A stretch of 64,000 nt of DNA. Origin: Chiloscyllium plagiosum. Taxonomy: Eukaryota. The notes below the pieces were generated by a model that was not told the DNA's origin, did no database searches, and worked only from the letters and a program-made list of their open reading frames with translations. The stretch spans positions 34,512,229 to 34,576,228 of the forward strand of contig NC_057720.1 of assembly GCF_004010195.1 (NCBI RefSeq), given 5' to 3'. Made by a program: the position numbers and the translations under genes. This document shows, in pieces, positions 1 through 13,574 of this stretch (its first letter is position 1; the number at the start of each line of letters is the position of its first letter).

Positions 1-329
1 CTGATGGGTGAGTGCTGAACCAGAGGGCACAGCTTAAAAATACGGGGTAGACCATTTAGGACAGAGATGAGGAGAAACTTGTTCACCCAGAGAGTGGTGG
101 CTGTGTGGAATGCTCTGCCCCAGAGGGCAGTGGAGGCCCAGTCTCAGGAGTCATTTAAGAAAGAGTTGGATAGAACTCTCAAGGATAGTGGAATGAAGGG
201 TTATGGAGATAAGGCAGGAACAGGATACTGATTAAGGATGATCAGCCATGATCATATTGAATGGTGGTGCAGGCTCGAAGGGCAGAATGGCCTACTCCTG
301 CACCTATTGTCTATTATCTATTGTCTATT
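1..329 (+). mobile_element. CR1 LINE 3' end with (CTATTGT)n tail
   Basis: ORF2 C-terminus (RTEMRRNLFTQRVVAVWNALP) plus tandem tail; same family as 19528-23031. Confidence 0.9.
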
Positions 330-2730
330 GATCAGCCGAGTAACTGCAGTATTGCTGGAGAGGTAACTCCCCATCTAATATCTTGCTCTCAAAGAAATTG
401 GAAGGCACTCACTATTAAAAAGGTACCTTTTCATGTAAAATATATTCGCAGTAAGAAGAGAGAAGATTGCCCAGGGAGATCTGCAGACAGAAGATTGAAG
501 ACAGCGGAGAAGACAGAGACCGTGTGGACTTCAGATTAAGTAAATGTAATGCTTAATAAGTGTGTTATTGGAATGACATTTTAATAGGATTGTGTTCAGT
601 TCGGGAAAGAGTGTTCAGTTTGTTAATACTTTTGTTTAGTGTTCTGTTAGGAAAGTAATTGTTAATTTTCTTTAAATAGTAGAAATTAGGAGTTCTCTGT
701 CACTCACTCACATTTTAACAAATTACAGGGTGAGGCAAGCCTCGCTGTGTGTGTAGATTTAATTGACAGAGGGGTTTGACTTCCGTGTTGTAACAGTTTG
801 GGATCTCGTTGTCTGGGATTTTGACAAGTTTGGACAGATCAGTCAGGGATTTGGGAAGATTTAGATGGATATGGATGGATTTGGACAAACTTGAACAGAT
901 TTTGGGTTTGTAAGGTCCCAGCAGATTTAAACATTTGGTGATTAGTGTCCTAGATCTTTAAATAAAATGTAGGTGGGAAAATTTGTTTAATTTCAGTTAC
1001 TTGTAGTTGGTTAAATTAGAAGTGAAAGAATTGGCTCTTAACATTGCTAAAGAGGTTTTAGGATTTGAAGATGCTTCCCAAATTTGCCAAGATAGTTTAG
1101 AAAGACATAGGAAGGATATACTTTTCGAATTAACAAAGAGGTTAGAATTAGGTTTAACCAGGGACCAAAGGAAAGTTGAAATTGTAAAGGAGTTGGTCAA
1201 AACACGTAGGTATATCAGACAAGTGCAGTGGAGTTATAAACTGTTACATTGCAATTGAGGCAAGTGGAGGTAGAAGATAAAGAAAGGGAAGGAAGAGCCA
1301 TGTTAGAAGGTAAAGAAAAACAGAGAAGGTTCTTAGCTGAACAAAGAGAAAGAGGGAGAGAATAACAAAAGAGAGAGAGAATTTGAACTTCAGAATTTGT
1401 GATTTAGTCAGGAAAGTCAAGTTAATAGGATGGAGATGAAGGGAAGGTGGGAGTGTATACAAACATGTGAAAACATTGCCACATTTAGATGAGAAAGATG
1501 TTGAAGCCTTTTTTATTTCATTTTAAAAATTGGACAAGCAGATGGAGTGACCAGAGAATATGTGGGTAATGCTAGTGCAGACTAAGCTGGTAGGCAGAGC
1601 TCCTGAGGTATATGCAGGGCATCGGATGAGGGATCAAGAGATTACGCAGATGTCAAAAAGGCTATTTTGAATGCCTATGAAGTGTATAGAAAGTGGTTCA
1701 GAAACATAAAGAAGCAACCAGGCGAGACTTATGTTTAGTTAAAACTAATTAAACATAGCAAATTTGATAGATGGATGCAGGCCTTAAAAATAGATAAGAC
1801 CTATAAGTCGCTAAGAAAGCTTATTCTGCTGGGACGAGTTTAAAAACTCATTTCCAGAGATGATGAGAACTTATGTGATTGAACAGAAAGTTCAAGAAGT
1901 GAGAAGAGCAGCAGAGTTGGCAGATGAATACAAATTGGTGCATAAGGTGAAATTTAGCTTCTAACAGGAATTTTGTCCCATGAGGGACAGAAATTGGGGA
2001 AGGGGAGACCCTTCACTACAAAACCAAGAGTAGATCACACCAGGAATAGCTTAACGCAGGTGAAAAAAGATGCTCAAGACCATGGAAAAGAAGTGAAAGG
2101 CCTCAGGTGTTTTCACTGTGGTAAGATGGGACACACAAAGTCACAGTGCTGATAGTTGAAGAAAGGCATTTTGGGAAAAGATGTGGTAAAAGAGGCTAAA
2201 CCAATGGGATTAGTGAAGGAAACCCTAAGAAAAGTCGAGGAGCTGCAGGAGAGTGCACAGCCTAGGCAGGGCCGGGTATTGAGTTCATGCTCAATCTCTA
2301 TAAAGACTTCACCTCTGTGGGTAAAGTTTAGTCAGGATGAACAGGGGGACAAGGGAAAGAAGTTACAAATTTAAGAGATACGGGATCTAGTCAGTCCCTA
2401 ATAGCAAAAGATGAAAGTATTTGCATTCTTTTTGACATATTGCCTGAGAGGGTGATCATTTACTGAATAGATATACAAAAATTTACCATTCCCTTGTGTA
2501 AGATTAGGTTGGACAGCCAAATAAAGATTAGGGAAGTAACACTGGGAGTGATTGACAGAGTGTCATTTCCAGGAACAGTTTGTTCTTGGGAACAACATAG
2601 CTGGATCTAAGGTGGGAGTGATGCCCCTTGTGGTGGAGAAGCCAAAGGTAAACCAGGGAACTGAGGAGTTAAAAGAAAAATACCCTGGATTTTTTCCAGA
2701 ATGAGTAGCAACAACATCCTGCTGTCACAT
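330..2730 (+). mobile_element. Degenerate Gypsy-type LTR retrotransposon: LTR end, PBS, gag, protease
   Basis: LTR-like end TGTTGTAACA at 795 followed by degenerate tRNA-Pro-like PBS (tgggatctcgttgtctgggat); gag motif MLVQTKLVGRA; CCHC knuckle CFHCGKMGHTKSQC (2108-2150); protease LRDTGSSQSL (2371-2400); many stops and frameshifts. Confidence 0.8.
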
Positions 2731-3004
2731 GTTACAGTGTTACGAAGTTGTAGGCTTGTACTGTGCCTTTCAGAAACAGAGAACTGAGAGCTTACAAGCA
2801 CTGTGCATATGACCAGATGGCAGTCCCAGAGTGTACTGGAAAATTGAAAATATTGAAAATTGAAATGGATACCTGAGTTTTGGTTGCCGTTTTGACAACA
2901 ACTCAAATTTAAACAATCAGTTTAAATCAGCAGCACTATACATCAGATATATTGATGATATTTTCTTCCTTTGGACCTATGGCGAGGAGTCACTGAAACA
3001 ACCA

Positions 3005-3668
3005 TAGAGGAACCTCGATTATCCAAAAATCGATTGTCCGAATTTCGGATTATCTGCGGAAGATTTCAAGGTCCTGCAAAGATGTCACATCAAAGAGGTA
3101 AGTGTATTCAATTTACCTGTACTGAAGAAGATGTGAAACGCTGGCAAAAACAAAGAAACACAAGCAGCTCAAGCATCAGCGACTGGATATTTTTTAGGTA
3201 AGGGCCATTACACAACCCTTTACAAAAGTAAGTGTTTTACGGTATTCCCGGCACTTTACCGGGCCATTCATGAAGAAAAATGGCGGAGAACATAAACACA
3301 CACGCAAGGGGGTGTTTCTGGCTTTCTATTGCGAGACTGAGTTCTCGGAAACTGACAAATGCACTTGATCATAGAAGCTGTTCGGGACCTTGTTTAATGC
3401 TGTCATCACCACGCTTTACCAAAGGCTGCTGCTGCATTTTTAAAACATTTCTTCATGTTATCATTGCTTTATTTTGTTCATCATGTGAAATCTGTGTCCT
3501 CTTGAGCCCAATATGTTAAAATTATAGATTTAAACAAGTTCTCCTGTAGAGCACAGTGTTAGATCAGCATGGCTTCCCTTATTTAAGGTAAAATCGATTA
3601 TCCGAATAATCAATTATCTGAACGAAATAGTGCCCTACCATCTCATTCAGATAATCAAAGTTCTTCTG
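3005..3668. mobile_element. Non-autonomous Tigger/pogo-like DNA transposon
   Basis: TIRs (T)AGAGGAACCTCGATTATCC and CAGATAATCAAAGTTCTTCTG; splits the PLE RT at a decayed TA; possible transposase C-terminal remnant (LAKTKKHKQLKHQRLDIF). Confidence 0.75.
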
Positions 3669-4694
3669 TGCACAATAATATCAACGAGTTTCATCCCACC
3701 ATCAGACTTACCATGAACTACTCTTTAGTATCTGTCTCATTCTTAGGCACATGCATCTCTGCCAAGAATGGGCACCTCATTACCTCACTCTACTGCATTC
3801 CCACGGATAACCTCACACTGCTTCACTTCCCTAGCTTCCACCTGAAACATAGTAAACAGCCATTCCCTACAGACAAGCCCTCTGCATACACAGGATATGT
3901 TCAGAAGAGGAGGAACATGACTCACACCTGAAGGTACTCAACGATGCCCTCATAAGAACAAAGTATGATGCTCAATTCATCGTTCTCCAGTTCTCATGTG
4001 CCACAGCAAGAAACCGTAATGACCTCCTCAGACATGGGTTGCAACCAATAGGATACCCTTCATTGTCCAGTACTTCCCAGGAGTCAAAAAACTACACCAT
4101 ATTCTTCGCAGCCTGCAACACATTATTGATAAGGATGAGCATCTCGCCAAGACCTTCCCTATGCCTCTAATTCTTGCTTTTAAACAACTGCCATACCCTA
4201 AATAGACCATCATTCGTAGCAAACTGCCAGCCTTCAGGACAACATTGACCACAAAACCATGCAACCCTGTCATGGCAATTACTGCAAGACTTGTCAGAGT
4301 GTTGGTACAGATACCACCATTACCCGTGGGGACACCACGCACCATGTACCCAGCAGGTACATATGTGACTCAGCCAACATTGTCTATCTAATATGTTGCA
4401 GGCAAGGATGTACTGAGGCATGGTACATTGGCGCGATCAAGCAGACGCTACAATAACGGATGAATGGACACTGCACGACAATTGTCAGACAGGGATGTTC
4501 CCTTACAGTTGGGGAGCATTTCAGTGGTCAGGGACATTCAGCCTCAGATCTTCGGGTGACTGTCCTCCAAAGTGGACTTTAGAATAGGCAATAACGCAAA
4601 GTGGCCGAGCAGATGCTAATAGCTAAGTTTGGTACTCATGGGGATGGCCTCAACCAGGATCCTGGGTTCATGTCACATGACAGGTGGCCCCACT

Positions 4695-5000
4695 ACACGC
4701 ACAGACACACACACAGACACATACACACACAAACATGCACAGGCACACATACACTCACACATACACACTCTTACATAGTCACAATCTCATGCAGACCCTT
4801 TCTCACACACATGCTCACACACACACCCTCACACCCATGCACACACCCTCTCACAGGCTTATATACCATCACATCCACACACAAACTTTATTAAGCTTTC
4901 ACATGCACAGACACAAGCTCTCTCACATGCACTCACTCTCACACTCACGTGCTCACATCACAAACTGTCTCTCTCTCTCTCATGCACGCACACATGCATA
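4695..5000. repeat. Degenerate (CA)n/(CT)n tract belonging to the PLE
   Basis: CA-rich low-complexity sequence; similar tract at 63765-63975. Confidence 0.85.
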
Positions 5001-5895
5001 TAAGAATATGGGGTGAATTTGTATTTGCAGAATTATATTTGCAAATACATTCAATATTGCTCAAAAAATGCACAATCAGCAGGCAGTCAATGCAGACAGT
5101 CAGTACATGTAATATTTTGTAAATTCCATTTTGGAAATTGAACTAGTCTGACTCAAGAATGGGATACAGACAGACTCTGACTTTACACCTTTAATGCATT
5201 GTTGGAGCTGAGATGCCACCTTTTGTTATAAAACCTTAAGTAATCTCAAGAAGGTGACTTAAAAGAGGTTCTGGGATTTACATATTAATGGACTGAAAAC
5301 TGCAACCCATTCTAAAAGATGAAAGACAACAATCTAGGTTTGTTCAATATATTATTTCAGTTGCATGACACTGTAACCTTTTGTTATAAATTCTGTGCCT
5401 TATGATATTATACTCCACAACCATCTGCTGAAGGAGCAGCACTCGAAAACTAGCACTTTCAGATAAACCTGTTGGACTATAACCTGGTGTTGTGTGATTT
5501 TTAACATTCATAATGACTGAAAGTTGGAACATATTTACTGATAAGCCTTAAACGAAAGATTCTTTTAAAGCTGAAAGAATAAAGGAGAGGGGAAAGGAAT
5601 ATCCAGATCTGAAAATGAAACATCTTTACTGATGAATCTTTAATGAAGCATTCTTTTAAGCTTGAAGAATAATGGAAAGATGAAAGGAATGTAAAATATC
5701 ACAAATAAATTGTACGAATAAAAGCACTGAAATTCATGGAGGGATCTTCATCTAGTAATGAATGAACAATGTTAAATGTAACAGCGTCACAGGAAAGCAG
5801 GAAGTAGCTATACAAAGGATTGACACCTACATTTTGCAAATGGTGAGGGGTGAGGTGTCCAAATGATATGAAAAATAAGATAATTTTATTATAAT

Positions 5896-6156
5896 TTCAG
5901 CCCAACAAGTCCACACTGACCCTCCGAAGAGCAACCCACCCAGACCCACTCCCCTACACCTAATACTAGCATGGCCAATTCACCTAACATGCACATTTTT
6001 GGACTGTGGAAGGAAATCCATGCATACATGGAGGTGAATGTCCAAACTCCACACAGACAGTTACCTGAGGTGGGAATTGAACCCGGGTCTCTGACACTGT
6101 GAGGCAGCAGTGCTAATCACTGTGGCACCATGCTGCCCACTGCCACCGTGCTGCCC
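5896..6156 (-). mobile_element. HE1-type tRNA-derived V-SINE
   Basis: Reverse complement of GGGCAGCACGGTGGC head, B-box-like GGGTTCAATTCCC, V-domain TGTGTGGAGTTTG. Confidence 0.9.
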
Positions 6157-6164
6157 ACAATTGC

Positions 6165-6345
6165 TAGTGGATTGCTAGTTATCTGCATGTTTGTCCTATA
6201 TAGTGTTTCGTGCAATCTTTGCATGGAATCTTGTAAATTACATTAGTCTTGCACACAATGGGTATAGGGTCTTTTGCCCTGGTGAGTAGTTGTCTGAGCG
6301 TGCCTATCGGTTTATGGGCTGTCATGAATCTGTGTGTTCGGAGAA
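6165..6345 (-). mobile_element. Penelope-like GIY-YIG fragment (second PLE lineage)
   Basis: HKPIGTLRQLLTRAKDPIP..KTNVIYKIPCKDCTKHYIGQT. Confidence 0.85.
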
Positions 6346-6769
6346 ATCTGTCTGTTATATAATGCAAACCTTGAAGTCATAAAAATGTCAAAATCGATTC
6401 TATTGGACTTTATATTACAGCATTTAATGTTTTAAAGTGTATTACTTGTTAATTCCTGCTAACAAAGTTGTAAAATTAGTAAGTCATTTAATTTATATGT
6501 TTCTGTTACAACTGTAGCAAACCCTCATATCGTATTCACTTCATTAAATAAGGAAGTGTATTTCCTAAAATTAGGCAGACTATTTGAAGGACAGTAACAT
6601 TTGCAGGCAGTTTGTTCTCCTGTGGGATTCTTATTTAAATCTTACCACACAAAACTGAGTATTTGTGGAATTGTCTGACTTGAACTCCACAGACATAAGA
6701 TTTCAGAGAAATACTCTGATCCGAGTTAGTTCTAAATAATAGTTTAAGTTACTTCAACAAAACTTACTG

Positions 6770-7729
6770 CTTTTATATCCTGTCCTTGGTGCAATAAAGC
6801 TCAACATTCCAGTTGTCTTCTACTTACTTTGTGGACCTGTAAACAACATTTCATGATTCATTGCTTTATATTGCAGGATACTATAACTTCTCATTTAAAT
6901 AATCATCTGTTTTTCTATTCTTCCAACAACAGGAGATTACCCAGCATTTTCCAAACTAATGCTACATCTTTTTTGCCCATTCATTTAATTTGTCAATATC
7001 CCTTTGTGGACTCTCCTCATAATTTTCTTTCCTACACATGTTTGCATCATTAGTAAATGTGGCTATAATAAGTTTAATTCCTTCAATTAAGGCATTAATA
7101 TGGATTGTAAATAATTGAAGCTCTGTACTGATTCTTGTGTCATCAACTTTATCCATCATAATCCTAATGAACTCTAATGAAGTGGTGATGAGTCAAGGGA
7201 TGAGAAAGGGAAACATTTAAATGAGTTAACTTTGGAGAGATATTCAACCTATTCTTGCCATCTTAAAAATCAAGTTCTGTACAAAAGTGTCAACTGGACT
7301 TTCCAATTACCTGAGTCAGTTTCTGCACCTGCATGCCATATGCCATAATATTAATATGCCAGAACACCCATATTCCTCTGTGTCTCAGTTCTGCAATATT
7401 TCTTCATTAAAGTGAAATGTTGCTCTTCTTTCTGCCAAAGTGGATATGTACACATTTGCTTACAGTACACACCATCCATCAATTTTGCCCACTCACTCAA
7501 TCTATCTACATTCCTTTGCAGATTCCTTGTCTGCTCTTCACAACACTTTCCGATCCATCATTGTTTCATTACCAAATGCAGCAACTAGCAATTCAGTATC
7601 TCCATCCAAATAATTGATATAAATTGTAGCTAGTTGAAGCCCCATGCATTGACACTCCACTCAGAACATCTTGCTAATCCAAAATGCCCAATATATACCT
7701 CATCCTTGTTTCCTGTTTGAAAAACCAAT
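6770..7729 (-). mobile_element. Old CR1 RT fragments
   Basis: LFTIHIN..FTND..QRDIDKLNEWAKK; second fragment at about 7300-7729. Confidence 0.7.
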
Positions 7730-9017
7730 TGTTAAGAAGATGTGGATGTATTGCCTCTTTAAGAGAGTTAAAGGCTGGTCAAGCTATCTGACAGTATCAA
7801 GTGTTCTCAATAAGGTAACAATGTAACACTTGGTTGAAAGCTAAATTAGCTGGCTGTCTGGAAATGACAAAACAGATTCGAATTAGGCCAATCAGTTTAA
7901 ATTGCACCCCACAAAAATACCAAACTCCAATCAAGATTGAATTTAGTATATTGACAATCTTAAAAGCCAATGACAAAATCCAATGCTTTGAGGGTATAAG
8001 ACTGGGGAAAATGGAACAGTTGAGAGGAGAACTGCCAAGCCCCCAGCCATGTAAATAGACTGCCTGAAAATTAGCTCTCTTAAAATGTTCCTTTTTTGAT
8101 CAGTAACCTGTGAAACAGAAATCCCTGAGGAGAAGAAAAGAAAACACAGGAAGATCCAAATAGAAGAACCGAATGTTGCCTGGTTTTGATACAAAAAGTT
8201 TTGTTTTGTAAATCTTCCACACCCACATCTTCATAACAATTGGTTTTTCAAACAGAAAACAGGGAGGACGCATAAAATGGTCATTTTGGATTAGCAAGAT
8301 GCTCTGAGTGGAGTGTCAAATCACGAGGTTTCACCTAGCTACAATTTATATCAATGACTTGGATGGAGATACTGAATTGCCAGTTGCTGCATTTGTTGGT
8401 GAAACAATGATGGATAGGGGAATGTTGTGAAGAGGAGACAAGGAATCTGCAAAGGGATGTAGATAGGTTAAATGAGTGGGCAAAAAATTGGGAGTTTTGC
8501 TGGACTAGTATTATAGAAGGGAAGGTAAAAGATAGATTAGAGTAATGACTTGTGAATAGTTGTTAGTTAGTTATTCTCATAGATTCATAGAGATGTACAG
8601 CACGGAAACAGACCCTTCAGTCCAACTCGTCCATGCCGACCAGATATCCTAACCCAACCAATCCCACCTGCCGGCACCTGGCCCATATCCCTTCTAACCC
8701 TTCCTATTCATATACCCATCCAGATGCCTTTTAAATGTTGCAATTGTACTAGCCTTCACCACTTCCTCTGGCAGCTCATTCCGTACACGTACCACCCTCT
8801 GCATGAAAAAGTTGCCCCTTCGGTCTCTTTTATATCTTACTCCTCTCACCCTAAACCTATGCCCTCTAGTTCTGTTATACTTTAAGAAATAAAATTGTTA
8901 ATTTTTACTTCAAATAGTTCTTGGCCACTTGAATTTTTACAGATTACTTCACAGGATAAATCTTTTCTGTGTTGCTGGTTTTAAATTAAGCTGGAGGATT
9001 TGCCCTGTGCTGTAACA
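7730..9017 (+). mobile_element. Solo LTR with nested insertions
   Basis: TGTTA...TAACA termini flanked by 4-bp TSD CAAT; the interrupted CR1 sequence rejoins across it; 3' end resembles the LTR end at 640-795. Confidence 0.8.
8577..8872 (-). mobile_element. CR1 3' end nested in solo LTR
   Basis: Reverse complement of CR1 3' region with ctatgaatctatga tail. Confidence 0.85.
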
Positions 9018-9154
9018 CAATCTTCTGTCCATGTAACAGAGGAAAATGAAATTGTTTGTCTCATGAACGTATATGTGTCCACTCATGAGATGGGCATGGA
9101 ATTTCTCTATGATAAACATAAAAATAGATAGTTGTCACATGTTGAATAGTGCAA

Positions 9155-9965
9155 AGAACAAAGGAAAGTACAGCACAGCACAGGAGCAGGCCCTTTGTCC
9201 CAACAAGAAGGTGCTGACATAGGTTGCTTTTCCAGACTAAAAACCTTTTGCCTCTATGTGGTTCATATCCATGTATTCCCTATAACAGATGATTATTTGT
9301 ATATCTGTCAATTTGCTTTTTAAACATTGCCATTGTACCCACGTCCACCACCTTCTTTGGCAGTGCAATCCAGGTACTTTCCACCCTCTGTGTACAAACT
9401 TGCAGCTCATATCTCCTTATTACCTGAAACCTATATCCCTGAGTAATCGACATTTCTACCTTGGGAAATAGACTCCAACTATCCATCCTATCCATGTCGG
9501 AGAGTCCAGAACCAGAGGGCATAGGTTTAGGGTGAGAGGAAAAAGATTTAAAACGGGCCTAAGGGCCAACTTTTTTACACAAAGGGCAGTGTGTGTTTAC
9601 AATGAGCTGTCAGAGGAAGTGGAGGAGGCTGGTACAATTGCAACATTTAAAAGGCATCTAGATGGCATATGAATAGGAAGGGTTTAGAGGGGTACTGGCC
9701 AAGTGCTAACAAATGGGATTAGATTTATATATGATATTTGGTTGGCATGGATGAGTCAGACCAAAGGAACTGTTTCCATGCTGTACATCTCTATGACTCT
9801 CATAATTCCACAAACTTCTATCAGGTCAACCCTCATCATAGAGTTATAGAGTCATACAGATGTACAGAATGGAAACAGACCCCTTTGATAATCAAGTGAA
9901 AACAAACAAAGTTTATCCAATTTCTCCTTTTGGCTAATACCCTCTGAACCAGGCATCATCCTAGT
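9155..9965. mobile_element. Nested CR1 3' fragments (minus host, plus insert about 9500-9800)
   Basis: SLFPKVEMSITQGYRF..TQRVESTWIALP on minus; plus-strand CR1 tail ending ctatgactct. Confidence 0.8.
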
Positions 9966-10368
9966 AGGATATTCAAAATTCAGAAAGCCCTCGTAACATT
10001 GTTGCTATGTCAGATACAGATTCCCTTTGAATTTGAAGCAATTGAGGTTATATTGAAAACCTTGAAAGATATGAGAATCTAATTAGTAATTATAATAATT
10101 AAAATTTAAGGAATTGGTAGATGAGGTAGGAAGGGTCAATTAAAAACAATATTTGCCTTTCTAATTGCTTGTGGCAATTGCATTCTACCTTTCAGTGACT
10201 TATAAACAAGGACAAACAAAACTGAGTTGCATTTAGTTAATTTATTGGCATGCATTTTCACCATCATCTATGCAGGACTTCCTGATCTGGGTACATTCTA
10301 CATTTGCCTTTTGTGGTTCTCAAAGTTTATGGAAATTCTTTCTCAGAAGCTAGTAAAGGATTTGTTGA

Positions 10369-10675
10369 GGGTGGCATGGTGGCTCAGTGGTTAGCACTGC
10401 TGCCTCACAGCGCCAGGGACCCATGTTTGATTCCAGCCTTGGGTGACTGCCTGTGTGGGGTTTGCACATTCGCCCCGCGTCTGCATGGGTTTCCCCCGGG
10501 TGCTCTGGTTTCCTCCCACAGTCCAAAGATGTGCAGGTCAGGTGAATTGGCCATACTAAATTGTCCATAGTGTTAGGTGCATTAGTCAGAGGGAGGTGGG
10601 TTGCTCTTCGGAGGGTCGGTGTGGACTTGTTGGGCCGAAGGGCCCGTTTCCACACTGTAGGGAGTCTAATCTAAT
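10369..10675 (+). mobile_element. HE1-type SINE
   Basis: A-box TGGCTCAGTGG, V-domain, GGCCGAAGGGCC stem-loop, (CTAAT)n tail. Confidence 0.92.
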
Positions 10676-11559
10676 TAAATTATCTGCTTCAAATGATCTC
10701 ATTATCTAGGTAATGCAGCAACGGTGGTCTGAATTTTCCCATTGTCTTTTAGTAAAACTGCCTTTACTCTTTCCAAAAGACTGAATTGTATGTCTGGATT
10801 ACTATTTAAAATATATGTTACATTGTTCTTGAAGACATGGAGATTCTCATTGATCACTACTCCTCATTTCTAAGTATGACAATGAAATGATCTTGCACTT
10901 GAAGATCTGAACCCCTCCCCACCCCCATCCCAGACCTTGCAGTTTAATATTTGCTGACTGGACATCTGCTGATTTAAGCCATGGCAAATTGTTGTCTAAA
11001 ACTGAAATGGCTGCTCCAGTGTGTAACCTAAACTTTGCGCAAGTTCCTTTTACTTGAGGTGCGGCTGTCCAGTATTTCTGCTTGCCTTCTTTGACTTTAC
11101 CAAAGTAGTATTCTCTGGTTGCTCTTTATTTGTAATTTCTTGAATAGTCTGCTTTTCAAAAACTTCTTACTTCTTAGAAATTGTCTCCTTAATGTCAATT
11201 TTTGTCACTTTTGGTGTATTCAAGGTGCCTGTGGCACTCTGTTGCTCTATGAACATAAACATCCAACCTGGTTGTTGTACTATTTCATACCCTTTCCTTG
11301 TTTCCGTGGACTTTTAAGAGGCTGAAGCTGCCATCTTGTAATTTATTCAACTAACCCATTCTGCCAAAATCTCAGTATTTCCTCAAAAGAAAAATGGCTG
11401 GAATCTGTGCTTGGACTTCAGCTTCACTGAATTATTTGTTTCAAAGACAAATCCTCCTTTGACTGGGGTTTCTGGTAACTTCTTTTTGCAAATACCCACA
11501 GCAATCTTTTAATGATCTATATCCACAGCTCTCTTTCTGGGCTTCATGTCCACCTATCG

Positions 11560-11730
11560 TTTGCACCTCCCCATCCCCAACCCCATCTTCAGCATATATT
11601 CCAGTCATTTCCTAGCTATAAGTAGTTCTAAGAAGAGTCATCAGGCTTGAAACATTGACTCTGCTTCTCTCCACAGATGCTGCCAGACCTGCTAAATTTC
11701 CCAGCAATTTCTGCTTTTGTCGCTGATTAA
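11560..11730 (+). mobile_element. PLE terminal-repeat remnant with decayed hammerhead
   Basis: agttctaagaagagtcatcaggcttgaaacattgact followed by cacagatgctgccagacctgct, as in 41473-41697 and 53240-53350. Confidence 0.65.
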
Positions 11731-12172
11731 TATCATTGGAACTATTTCACCCATTGTTGATCTCTCTGACGATCTGTGGTATTTTTGAACGGTTGCAACA
11801 GGAGCAGTGACTTAACTGATGCCATTTCGAGGGATTTTGTACACCTCCCACCTCGGTGATTCTTCCAGTTCATTTTCCTTTAATATTGTTGCTGATTGTT
11901 TTTTTTCCCTCATTGATTTTGGCCTGCAGTTCCAAGTGATGATTGTACTGGAGTCTCTCTCAGTGCCACTATGATTTGGTCTTTCTGTACTGTTACAACA
12001 CTTAGGTTATGGGTCAGGCTGTCATGAGGTTTTGGACTTGAGGTTCTTCCTGTTGAGACTGCCTCTACATTTGGTGTGCTGCGTTTAGATTTCTATCTTA
12101 CCAGGAGCAAAAATTGTCTGACTTTCAGGAGTTATAACAAATTGTCTTACTTACATTCTATTTTACTATTCC

Positions 12173-13190
12173 GGAAGTAAGATGAGAGTGACAGCCCTTG
12201 ACATCAAGGCTGCATTTGACGGAGTGTGGCATCAAGGAGCCCTAGCAAAACTTGAATTGATGGGTATCGGGGGCAAACTCTCCACTGACTGGAGCCGTAT
12301 CTGGCACATAGGAGGATGGTTGTGGTTGTTGGAGGTCAGTCATCTCAGCTCCGGGACATCTCTACAGGAGTTCCTCAAGGTAGTGTCTCAGGCCCAGCCA
12401 TCTTCAGCTGCTTCATAAATGACCCTCCCTCCATCATAAGGTCAGAAGTATGGATGTTCGCCAATGTTGCATAATGTTCTGCACCATTTGAGACACCTCA
12501 GATACTGAAACAGTCCATGTTCAAATGCAACAAAATCTGGACATTATTTAGACTTGGCCTGATTAGTGGAAAGTAACATGCGTGCCACACAAACGCTAGA
12601 CAATGGCCATCGCCAATAAGGGACAATATAATCACTAATACTTGACATTCAATGGTGTTGCCATTACTGAATCCCCCACTACAATCATCCTTGGGGATAC
12701 TAGTGATCAGAACCTGTCACATAAACACAATGGCTATCAGGTAGGTCAGTGGCTAGAAATACTGTGGCAAATAACTCACCTCCTGACTTCCCAAAATCTG
12801 TCCATCATCTACAAGGCACAGTCAGGTGTATGATGGAAAATTCCACACTTGCCTGCATGGATGCAGCTCCAACAACATTCAAGAAGCTTGACACCATCCA
12901 GGACAAACCAGCAAATAGTACCTTGATTGGTACCACATCTATAAACATCTACTCTCTCTACCATCGATGCTCAGTAGCAGCAGTGTGTAATATCTACAAG
13001 TTGCACTGAAGAAATTCACAAAATATCCTCATTCAGCACCTTCCAGATCCACAATCACTTCCATCTAGAAAGAAAAGGGCAGCAGATACATGGGAGCACC
13101 ACAATCTGAAAGTTTCCCTCCTAGCCACTCACCATGCTGACTTGGAAATACATTGCCATTCCTTCCCTGTCGTTGAGTTAACATTTTGGA
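12173..13190 (+). mobile_element. CR1/L2-group LINE RT 3' part (distinct family)
   Basis: ALDIKAAFDGVWHQG, GVPQGSV, IYKAQ; a related fragment lies at about 23730-24070 and 24625-24690. Confidence 0.85.
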
Positions 13191-13192
13191 AT

Positions 13193-13514
13193 TTAGATTA
13201 GATTCCCTACAGTGTGGAAACAGGCCCTTCGGCCCAACAATTCCACACCTATCCTCCGAAGAGATAACAACCCAGACCCATTACCCTACATTTACCCCTG
13301 ACGAATACACCTAACACTACGGCTAATTTAGCATGGCCAATTCACCTAGCCTGCACATCTTTTGGACTGTGGGAGGAAATCGGAGTACCGGAGGAAACCC
13401 ACACAGACATGGGGAGAATGTGCAAACTCCACACAGACAGATGCCCGAGGTGGGAATTGAACCCGGGTCCCTGATGCTGTGAGGCAGCAGTGCTAACCAC
13501 TGAGCCACCGTGCC
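13193..13514 (-). mobile_element. HE1-type SINE
   Basis: Full head-to-tail reverse-complement match to 10369-10675. Confidence 0.92.
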
Positions 13515-13574
13515 TAAAAGAGAGACAAGAGGAAATCACTTCAGAAAACAGAGTATCTTTGGAACGCTCTTCCT

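Larger units (their letters stand above)
2926..5505 (+). mobile_element. Penelope-like retroelement (RT C-terminus, GIY-YIG endonuclease, CA-rich tract, terminal repeat), interrupted by a MITE
   Basis: YIRYIDDIFFLW; FHPTIRLTMNYS..VSFL; NIVYLICCRQGCTEAWYIGA; GLNQDPGF. The 3' end aacctggtgttgtgtgatttttaac is shared with 51050-51160 and 63515-63760. Confidence 0.9.

Noticed and set aside
4684..5016. His/Thr-rich ORFs (also 63792-63977)
   Set aside because: Translation of CA microsatellite.
10369..10445. tRNA-like sequences at SINE heads
   Set aside because: A/B boxes of SINEs, not complete tRNA cloverleaves.
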